DNA of 32,000 bases from an uncultured archaeon. Its GTDB lineage: Archaea; Iainarchaeota; Iainarchaeia; Iainarchaeales; DATDZZ01. The stretch's first letter is position 1. Every line of letters begins with the position of its first letter. Positions 9,273-16,126 of the stretch are shown one piece after another. The translations under genes were made by a program, and so were the position numbers. The stretch lies in the NCBI GenBank assembly GCA_964373795.1, contig CAYJVY010000010.1:1-32000 (forward strand). The letters run 5' to 3'. The notes below the pieces were generated by a model. The model was given only the letters and a program-made list of their open reading frames with translations, searched no databases and was not told where the DNA came from.

Positions 9273-9899
9273 TTATTTTCCCCACAACTGTTTAATTAAA
9301 GCCTTGCAAGCATTTCCTTTTTGATCAGAGTACAAATCAAGTATGGTGCGAATCTTTGAAGTGAATTTAAATTCATTGAATTTCTTGCCTTTAAACTTCC
9401 AAGAACTAGGAAAGCCTTTCTCGGTTTTGAAAACCAGAGGCTTTTCTTTATATACTGCTACAATTGTTTTATTGCCTGGCTTGTAAAATAACTTTTTTTC
9501 AATTTCCGAAGAGATTTTTTCACCGGCATAAAAAGAAATCTTATTTGACTTATAATAATTTGAATACTTTGATAAAGCAGTTTCCAAACAAAAAACCACG
9601 TTGTTTGGTAAAATTTTAACGACTTCTTCTTTTTCAAGAGAAGTGGAAACTTCAACTAATTTAAGTTGATTCATATTGCGGAAAACAGAGACAATTTCAA
9701 TCAAACCAAGATGATTAACAAGCTTATAATTATTTTCATATTTCTGAATTATATTTTTTTCCAATAAATAATTAAATGTTTGATTGACTATTTTCATTCC
9801 CAAACCTAAATCCTTTTTGACTTTGTATTGAGTAAAGAGGCCTTTGTCAAATAAATATTCAATAATAATGAGCTTTTTATTTGAAGCTAAATCAATCAA
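9273..9899 (-). CDS. wHTH protein, AbiEi-like putative antitoxin or regulator
   Basis: The N-terminal winged helix reads IIIEYLFDKGLFTQYKVKKDLGLGMKIVNQTFNYLLEKNIIQK. The gene is about 200 aa and directly precedes the NTase ORFs with no gap. Confidence 0.45.
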   Translation of the reverse strand: MIDLASNKKLIIIEYLFDKGLFTQYKVKKDLGLGMKIVNQTFNYLLEKNIIQKYENNYKLVNHLGLIEIVSVFRNMNQLKLVEVSTSLEKEEVVKILPNNVVFCLETALSKYSNYYKSNKISFYAGEKISSEIEKKLFYKPGNKTIVAVYKEKPLVFKTEKGFPSSWKFKGKKFNEFKFTSKIRTILDLYSDQKGNACKALIKQLWGK

Positions 9900-10007
9900 T
9901 CAAACACCTTTTCTAATATGTATCTCTTAGTGGAGATATATCTATAATTAGGGATATAGGTGTATAAAAATATATCTTTTCAATAGGTTTGTGGATTAAA
10001 AGAATTG

Positions 10008-11201
10008 CTATTTGTTTGCAACGATTTCGATTACGTCTCTGTGTTTTAATTCGTGATCTTTTCCAATTAATTGTTTTTTTTTCACGTCAATTGCTTTGAT
10101 GAAGTTTTTTCCGAAATCTGTGTGTAATTTGAATGCAAAATCTAGTGCAGTTGTTTTTGGAGGCATTAAAAAGCAGTCTGGAAGAATGTTTCCTTGCGAG
10201 TCTGATAACTTGTTTACTCCGCCTGGAAAAATTGCAATATATTTTAGTTCTTCTAAAACTATTTTGTTTAAAATTGCTTGCACTCCAGTTGAATTAAATT
10301 CTTTTAAAACTTTTTCTTTAATTAACTCTAATGCTTTTTTTTGGTTTTCGTTTAATTCTTTCACTATTTTGAATTCATTGTCTCCAGGCATGTATTCAAT
10401 TAAACCTGTTTTAGCTGCTTTTTTTAATGCTGTTTCTGCTTCAGCTGAGCAACTGAAAATTCTTTTTAAGGGAAATTTTTCAATTAATTTTTTCAGGTTT
10501 TCTTTTGCTTCAGGTAAATCTATTTTGTTTGCTGCAATCATAATGGGTTTGGATAGTTCTCTTAATTTTATTGCTAATTGAAGTCTTTGTTCTTCGCTTA
10601 AATCTTTTAAATCTGTTTCAATTAAGTTTAGTTTCATTAAAGCTTTATCTAAGTGTTCTTCTTTTACTCCTATTCCGCTTAAATTTTGAGTCATTGCTTC
10701 AAGCTTTTTTGCTTTTGATTCAAATTTTTGTTTACTGAATTTGCTCCAATTTTTTTCAAGTATTTGATTAAACCATTGATCTATTTCTGTTTCCAAAAAA
10801 GTTATTGCTTTTTCCACTACTTCAAAGCTTGCTTGACATGTTTTGCCTTCTAAATCTGTTCTTCCAGAAACATCTATTACTTGAATTAATGCATCTGCTT
10901 GACTTAAATCTGATAAAAACTTGTTTCCAAGGCCTTTTCCTTTAAATGCATCTGGCACTAATCCTGCTACATCAATTAATTCTACTGGAACAAATCTTTG
11001 TCCTTTCACGCAGTGCCCTGTTCTTGGATTGCATTGAACATTAAATTCTTTGTCAATGCAGTCAATTCTAATGAATCCAATTCCTTTATTTGGCTCTATT
11101 GTAGTGAAAGGATAATTAGCTGTTTCCACTTCAATTAAAGTTAATGCTTTAAAGAAAGTGCTTTTTCCAACATTTGGTTGGCCAACAACTCCTATTTGCA
11201 T
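10008..11201 (-). CDS. ychF: YchF/OLA1-family P-loop GTPase/ATPase, archaeal type
   Basis: It reads MQIGVVGQPNVGKSTFFKALT, YPFTTIEPNKG and IDVAGLVP. It has the archaeal CNPR..C insertion and a C-terminal TGS-like end (HRDVIEIV). Confidence 0.9.
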   Translation of the reverse strand: MQIGVVGQPNVGKSTFFKALTLIEVETANYPFTTIEPNKGIGFIRIDCIDKEFNVQCNPRTGHCVKGQRFVPVELIDVAGLVPDAFKGKGLGNKFLSDLSQADALIQVIDVSGRTDLEGKTCQASFEVVEKAITFLETEIDQWFNQILEKNWSKFSKQKFESKAKKLEAMTQNLSGIGVKEEHLDKALMKLNLIETDLKDLSEEQRLQLAIKLRELSKPIMIAANKIDLPEAKENLKKLIEKFPLKRIFSCSAEAETALKKAAKTGLIEYMPGDNEFKIVKELNENQKKALELIKEKVLKEFNSTGVQAILNKIVLEELKYIAIFPGGVNKLSDSQGNILPDCFLMPPKTTALDFAFKLHTDFGKNFIKAIDVKKKQLIGKDHELKHRDVIEIVANK

Positions 11202-11221
11202 ATTTTAACAGTTTCCAATTT

Positions 11222-11749
11222 TTATTCTATTAACGCGTTTTTAATGTTTTCAGTGAATTTTATTATATTTGTTTTTCCAAGAGAGTCTTTTTCTATTACT
11301 CCTTTGTCTAATAGTTTTTGAATTACTCTATGGCTTTTAACTTTAGTCATTCCAGGCAGCCTAGTTATTTCTGCTTGAATTACTTTTCCTTTTGATTCAA
11401 TTAATTTGTCTAAAAGTTTTTTTTCATCTTGGTTTAAGAATTGCATTAAAATGTTAATGTTTTCTTTTAAGGATTTTTGTTTTGATTCAACTTTTTGACT
11501 CATTAAAAAGAATACTCCTGCTCCAACTAGTAATGAAATGCTTACAAGTAAAGGAATTAATGCATATAATGCATTTAATTGATTTTTATGAGGGCAGGCT
11601 CCGTCAGTAGTGCAAGACTCAATTATTGGCACTTCATTTTTTGGAGTTAAATAATCTGCTAAATGTAATACAGTGTAAAAGAATGATACAAGAATTATTA
11701 ATCCAATTATTAGTTTAGTGTTTTGATTCATAATAGGTTTTTCATGCAA
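11222..11749 (-). CDS. Membrane-tethered winged-helix regulator with a Cys/His-containing external loop
   Basis: Two TM helices bracket the loop ESCTTDGACPHKNQ. The C-terminal MarR/TrmB-like wHTH reads VIQAEITRLPGMTKVKSHRVIQKLLDKGVIEK. Confidence 0.7.
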   Translation of the reverse strand: MHEKPIMNQNTKLIIGLIILVSFFYTVLHLADYLTPKNEVPIIESCTTDGACPHKNQLNALYALIPLLVSISLLVGAGVFFLMSQKVESKQKSLKENINILMQFLNQDEKKLLDKLIESKGKVIQAEITRLPGMTKVKSHRVIQKLLDKGVIEKDSLGKTNIIKFTENIKNALIE

Positions 11750-11883
11750 AAAACATTTAATTCAAACCCTTTGCTTTAAAGCCTTTTTTTGGCCTGAAAA
11801 TGGTTTCATGAACTCCTATATATGGTTTCAAATCAAATCTATTTGGTTTTCCCCAAAAAAACCATTGAATGTAGTTGGGTTAA

Positions 11884-11910
11884 AGCGGAATGCAAGCATT
11901 CCGCTTGCAT
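11884..11910. promoter_or_regulatory. Two overlapping perfect inverted repeats upstream of module A
   Basis: agcggaatgc (11884-11893) pairs with gcattccgct (11896-11905). atgcaagc (11890-11897) pairs with gcttgcat (11903-11910). This is the GC-richest spot in the divergent intergenic region 11750-11933. Confidence 0.5.
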
Positions 11911-11933
11911 TAAATTAAAAAGAGGTTTTTTAA

Positions 11934-12740
11934 TTGAGTAAAGAAAATTCAAAAAATGAAGTTTTAAAAGAAGAATTAGAAGAAGGTTCAAAAAATTTTT
12001 CATTAACTAATTTTGTTTTAATTGGTTTAATGGGTTTAGTTTTACTTTTAACTGTCTTCAATCTTGTATCAATGTTTTTTGTTTCATCAAGCATTGTCAA
12101 ACAAAGTTCTGACATAACTGGTTTAATGTCTTTAGCTTCTCCAGCTAGTTCTAGTAATGCAGGAATTCAAATTTCCAACACTGCAAATCTTTCTCTTGAA
12201 GAAGTCTTGCCTGATGGCATTCCAAGAATTTATGGAGACAAACTTGGAGTTAATTTAAGTGATATTAGAGGAGAAGATCAAAAAAAAGCTGATGCAGTTG
12301 TTAAAAAACTTGCATCCCTTGATGGAGATTTATATCCTAATGGAGTAATGCATTTCAATGATTTAGATGAGCCAGCTAAAAAACGTTATTTATCTATTGG
12401 GACAAGCATTGCTTGCGAGTATTGTTGTGGAGTAGATGCATTGGTTTCAAGTAATGGCAAGCCCGCTTGTGGTTGTGCTCATTCTGCTGCAATGAGGGGA
12501 CTAGCAATGTATTTGTTGAAAAATTATCCAAATGATTTTACTAACGAGCAAATAGTTGAAGAACTGGGCAAACTGAAAGCATTGTTTTTCCCAAAAAATG
12601 CTTTACAAAAAGCAGTTGTTTTGAAGGAAAAATCAATTGAATTTAATTACGTTAACTTAATGTCAAACAAGTATATGGGAATTGAAAAGCAAAGCACTTC
12701 AACTTCAGTTGGAGGAGCTACTCAAGTAGGTGGATGTTAA
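11934..12740 (+). CDS. Membrane-anchored CxxCC...CGCAHS-domain protein with a C-terminal VGGC tail (module A, gene 1)
   Basis: TTG start with the SD aagaggt 7 nt upstream and a single N-terminal TM helix. The domain CEYCCG-x12-CGCAHS aligns with the C-terminus of ORF 21395..22840. It ends ATQVGGC*. Confidence 0.8.
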   Translation: MSKENSKNEVLKEELEEGSKNFSLTNFVLIGLMGLVLLLTVFNLVSMFFVSSSIVKQSSDITGLMSLASPASSSNAGIQISNTANLSLEEVLPDGIPRIYGDKLGVNLSDIRGEDQKKADAVVKKLASLDGDLYPNGVMHFNDLDEPAKKRYLSIGTSIACEYCCGVDALVSSNGKPACGCAHSAAMRGLAMYLLKNYPNDFTNEQIVEELGKLKALFFPKNALQKAVVLKEKSIEFNYVNLMSNKYMGIEKQSTSTSVGGATQVGGC

Positions 12741-12754
12741 AGGAGGTTTTTTAA

Positions 12755-13027
12755 ATGAGTGAAGAAGGTTTTGCAATAAATAAAAATATATTAATTGCAG
12801 TGTTTTTAGGGTTGGTTTTGATTGTTTCAATAGTGTTTTCAATCCAGTTAAGTTTTTTGAACAATTCTTTAGCTGAACAACAAGTGAAAATTAATCAATT
12901 AAAATCTAGTGCTACTGGATTAGTTGGTGGGGCGGCTGTTGCCTTGCCTGGTGTGCAAGCTTCAAGTGATCCAATGGCTGGTCATCATTCTGAAAGCTCT
13001 GCAGCTACTCAAGTAGGCGGTTGTTAA
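12755..13027 (+). CDS. Small membrane-anchored protein ending in ATQVGGC (module A, gene 2)
   Basis: SD AGGAGG, 90 aa, one TM helix, a low-complexity linker and a MAGHH motif. The last 24 nt are 22/24 identical to the end of the preceding gene. Confidence 0.75.
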   Translation: MSEEGFAINKNILIAVFLGLVLIVSIVFSIQLSFLNNSLAEQQVKINQLKSSATGLVGGAAVALPGVQASSDPMAGHHSESSAATQVGGC

Positions 13028-13040
13028 AAGGTGAATTTTT

Positions 13041-14282
13041 TTGTCAAAAAATGCTAAACAGGTTTCAGAAAATGTTTTAGATGATGAAAAAATTGTTTTC
13101 AAAATTAGTTCTGAGCTTGCAACAAAATTGTTAATGGTTTTGATTGCTTTTTTTCTTGCAACAAACCTTGTTTTAGCATTTTTTTTATTTTCCTCTATTC
13201 AAAATATTTCAAAGCAAACAAGTGAATTGTCTTTAGAATTTCGAGAAATAAATAAAGCCATTGAAAAACCAAAGCTTTACTTTACTTCGATAATTGATTC
13301 TTCTTGCATTGATTGTTTTAAAGTTTCAAGCATTATTTCTCAATTCAAGGCACAAAATGCCTTTGAAATTTCCGAGCAAATAATAGAGTTTTCTTCAATT
13401 GAAGCCCGGCAAAAAATTAAAGAACTTAAAATTAAATCAATTCCTGCAATAATCATTTCAGGAGATTTGAATAAAGCAAAACAAAATGCTTTTTTTTCTT
13501 CACTTATTAAATCAAACGAGTTTAAAGATTCAGTTGTTTTAAATAATTTTCAAGGAGTTTTTTTTGACTTGGATTCAAATTCTTTTAAGGGAAGAGTTAA
13601 ACAAATAAATCTTGTCAATAGTTCTTGCACTTTTTGTTCAGTTGTTCCAGGGAAAGCTTTTCTTGAAAAATTTGGAGTAAGTATTTCAAGTTTTTCAGAA
13701 ATTGATTTTAATTCAAGTGAAGGGCAAGCACTTATCTCAAAGTATTCAATTAAAAAAATTCCTTCAATGATTTTTTCTGAAGATTTAAAGTATTATCCTC
13801 AAATATTTACTAATTTAAAGACTATTTCTAGTTTAGAATCTGATAACAGTTTAGTGTTACGTGAAATTGTGCCTCCTTATTTTGACGCTGACTTGAATAA
13901 AGTAGCTGGATTGGTTTCATTGAAAATAGTTGACGTTAATTCTTGCATTGAATGTTTTGATGCCAACTTGTTTAACTCACTTTTTAAGCAAAACTTTGGG
14001 TTCAATTTTTCTGATGAAAACTTTTTTGATATTAATTCAGTTGAAGGGAAAAAACTTGTTTCAGATTACAATATTTCTGTTTTGCCTGCAGCAATTATTT
14101 TAGGAGAATTTGAATACTATTCTGATTTCAATAAATCTTTAGAGTTTTTTGGCTCAAAGGAAAAAGATAATTCTTTTGTTTTTAGAAACATTAATGTTTT
14201 TGGAAAACAATTCAAGTTTTTTGATTTGAATTCAAATACATTAATTGATTCATTGCCTGAGGAGGAAGCAATTAATGGCTGA
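13041..14282 (+). CDS. Membrane-anchored protein with three tandem thioredoxin/glutaredoxin-like CxxC repeats (module A, gene 3)
   Basis: It has an N-terminal TM helix. The CxxC motifs are SSCIDCF, SSCTFCS and NSCIECF. Each is followed about 45-50 aa later by a cis-Pro-like motif (IPAII, IPSMI, LPAAI). Confidence 0.8.
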   Translation: MSKNAKQVSENVLDDEKIVFKISSELATKLLMVLIAFFLATNLVLAFFLFSSIQNISKQTSELSLEFREINKAIEKPKLYFTSIIDSSCIDCFKVSSIISQFKAQNAFEISEQIIEFSSIEARQKIKELKIKSIPAIIISGDLNKAKQNAFFSSLIKSNEFKDSVVLNNFQGVFFDLDSNSFKGRVKQINLVNSSCTFCSVVPGKAFLEKFGVSISSFSEIDFNSSEGQALISKYSIKKIPSMIFSEDLKYYPQIFTNLKTISSLESDNSLVLREIVPPYFDADLNKVAGLVSLKIVDVNSCIECFDANLFNSLFKQNFGFNFSDENFFDINSVEGKKLVSDYNISVLPAAIILGEFEYYSDFNKSLEFFGSKEKDNSFVFRNINVFGKQFKFFDLNSNTLIDSLPEEEAING

Positions 14283-15057
14283 TGTTCCTTTTTGGGTTTC
14301 TTTTTTATTAGGAGTATTGGCTTTTCTTTCTCCTTGCATTATTCCAATGATTATTGTTTATTTAACTGCAATTACTGGTTTAAGTGTTGAAGAATTAGCT
14401 GGATTGCATAAAAGAACAGGACTTAGAAGGCATGTGTTGTTTTCTTCTATTGCTTTTGTTTTAGCTTTTTCTTTTGTATTTATTTTGCTTGGTGGAACAG
14501 CCGGTTTTATTGGGAATTTTTTTTCTCAAACAATTTCAAACTATTCTAAGTTAATGGAGTTAATTGGCGGGCTTTTCTTTATTTTGTTTGGCTTGCAGTT
14601 TTTAGGAGTTTTAATTAAATTCAATTTTTTGCAGGGTTTAAAGAACAAAATTCAAGAAAAAATTCCTTTAAGTTCTTTAAGAAATGAAAATGGCTTTCTA
14701 AATATTATCGGAATTTTCTTAATTGGATTGTTTTTTGCAATTGTTTGCAGTCATTGCTTTGGCTATGTTTTTTATCCCTTGCTTGTAACAACTGCTGCCA
14801 GTTCATCTGTTACTGTTGGATTACTTAATTTGTTTTTCTTTTCTTTTGGTTTAGGAATTCCTTTTATTTTAGTTGGATTGTTTTTTTCAGAGTCATTAAT
14901 TGTCTTAGAGTTTTTGAAACAACATTACAAACTTGTTTCAGTACTTGTAGGATTATTTTTAGTTTTTTATGGATTGATTTTAGTTTCTGGAAATTTTTTA
15001 ACAGTTCAAGGGTTTTTCTTGAACAATTTTCCAGATATATTAAAATTAGTTAAATGA
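14275..15057 (+). CDS. ccdA: CcdA/DsbD-family transmembrane thiol-disulfide electron transporter (module A, gene 4)
   Basis: LAFLSPCIIPMIIVYL and IVCSHCFGYVF lie in a polytopic membrane protein. The ATG at 14275 is preceded by GGAGG and overlaps the upstream stop (ATGGCTGA). Confidence 0.8.
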   Translation: MADVPFWVSFLLGVLAFLSPCIIPMIIVYLTAITGLSVEELAGLHKRTGLRRHVLFSSIAFVLAFSFVFILLGGTAGFIGNFFSQTISNYSKLMELIGGLFFILFGLQFLGVLIKFNFLQGLKNKIQEKIPLSSLRNENGFLNIIGIFLIGLFFAIVCSHCFGYVFYPLLVTTAASSSVTVGLLNLFFFSFGLGIPFILVGLFFSESLIVLEFLKQHYKLVSVLVGLFLVFYGLILVSGNFLTVQGFFLNNFPDILKLVK

Positions 15058-15075
15058 TTTTTTGGAGGCGAGAAA

Positions 15076-15240
15076 ATGTTTGGTTTTTTTGAAAAAAAAT
15101 GTGCAGAATGTGGAATGAAATTACAAGAATCTAAAGTTTCATTTAATGGAAAGGATTTTTGTTCTCAAGAGTGTAGTAAGAGTTTTGAAAAAAACTTGAA
15201 GAAAAAAGTTGATAAGGTTTCTAAAGGTTGTTGCCATTAA
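15076..15240 (+). CDS. Stand-alone TRASH/YHS-like zinc-ribbon protein ending in GCCH (not in the ORF track)
   Basis: SD ggaggcg, then MFGFFEKKCAECGMKLQESKVSFNGKDFCSQECSKSFEKNLKKKVDKVSKGCCH (54 aa). The arrangement is C-x2-C ... F-C-S-x2-C-x3-F. Confidence 0.65.
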   Translation: MFGFFEKKCAECGMKLQESKVSFNGKDFCSQECSKSFEKNLKKKVDKVSKGCCH

Positions 15241-15252
15241 TGGGGGGATTTA

Positions 15253-15507
15253 ATGAATAAAATTTTTTTATATGCGTTGGCTTTGATTGTATTGATTGTT
15301 TTATCTTTTAATGTTTTAAGTTTAGTTAATTTAATGAATTCTTCTCAAAAACTTGAATTTTCCAAGCCTTCTCAAGAAAATTTTTCTAAGGCAGTTGCTT
15401 TAGAGAATTCTTTAGATAAATGTAAAACCCCTGAAGGATATACTGATGAGCAATGGAAAGAACATATGGGGCATCACCCTGACAGGTATGCAGAGTGTTT
15501 GAAGTGA
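15253..15507 (+). CDS. Small membrane-anchored protein with a Cys/His-rich C-terminal domain
   Basis: N-terminal TM helix, then CKTPEGYTDEQWKEHMGHHPDRYAEC. Confidence 0.65.
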   Translation: MNKIFLYALALIVLIVLSFNVLSLVNLMNSSQKLEFSKPSQENFSKAVALENSLDKCKTPEGYTDEQWKEHMGHHPDRYAECLK

Positions 15508-15511
15508 TTAA

Positions 15512-16120
15512 ATGACTGAAGTTGGAACAATTTTTATTTCAAAAAAGCAATTAGTTTTTTTTGCAAAGATTTTCTTAGTTTTAGCAGTACTTTTGGCTGT
15601 TGGTTTTTCAGGGTTTTCTTTTTTTTCAATAAAGCAAGTGAATAATGATGTAACAGTTTTTGATAAAGGAATTGCTCCAAATTTTTCCTTGCCTAACTTG
15701 AATGGCGAGAAAATTTCTTTAAGTGATTTTAAAGGCAAGAAAAATGTTTTGCTTTTTTTTAATGAAGGCGCTGGATGTGGATCGTGTTTTCAGCAAATTC
15801 AAGACATGCAAGCAAGTCTTTCAGAATTTAATAAACTTGAAGTTGAAGTAATTCCTATTTCCACTAATTCTCCAAGTGTTTTGCGTTTGGAAGCGCAGTC
15901 AAGAAATATTTCTATGCCAATTTATTTTGACTCTGATTTAAGTGTTTCAAAAAAATTTACTGCTTTAAAGTATTCAATGCATCCAGGTAAAGTGCCAGGG
16001 CATACTTTTGTTTTGATTGGCAAGGATGGGGAAATTAAGTGGAGATGGGATTGGAAGTCTGGAAGCATGTATATTCAACCAACTGATTTATTGAATTATG
16101 TTAGAAATGCGTTAAAGTGA
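15512..16120 (+). CDS. Membrane-anchored thioredoxin-fold redoxin (AhpC/TSA-TlpA-like) with CGSC
   Basis: APNFSLPNLNGEKISLSDFKGKKNVLLFFNEGAGCGSCFQQ follows an N-terminal TM anchor. Confidence 0.8.
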   Translation: MTEVGTIFISKKQLVFFAKIFLVLAVLLAVGFSGFSFFSIKQVNNDVTVFDKGIAPNFSLPNLNGEKISLSDFKGKKNVLLFFNEGAGCGSCFQQIQDMQASLSEFNKLEVEVIPISTNSPSVLRLEAQSRNISMPIYFDSDLSVSKKFTALKYSMHPGKVPGHTFVLIGKDGEIKWRWDWKSGSMYIQPTDLLNYVRNALK

Positions 16121-16126
16121 TTTTTT

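Noticed and set aside
10096-10581. Long ORFs antisense to, or out of frame with, confident genes. These are 700-918, 1076-1378, 1827-2069, 2292-2901, 3268-3453, 3763-3981, 6439-6636, 7052-7261, 7925-8158, 8333-8533, 9458-9655, 10096-10581, 11930-12115, 15508-15738, 17316-17570, 18071-18292, 18601-18900, 20566-20757, 21376-21633, 22433-22690, 23272-23466, 24536-24965, 25280-25842, 29895-30527 and 31551-31826.
   Set aside because: Each lies entirely within, or mostly overlaps, a gene with strong family motifs on the other strand or frame. Their products are low-complexity with no motifs. In AT-rich DNA such shadow ORFs are expected.
12755-13027. Interpreting the small VGGC proteins as RiPP precursor peptides.
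   Set aside because: No recognisable RiPP maturase (radical SAM, YcaO, LanM/LanC, peptidase-transporter) is nearby. The N-terminal TM helix and the thiol-redox neighbours fit a tethered carrier or substrate better. I kept this only as a remote alternative.
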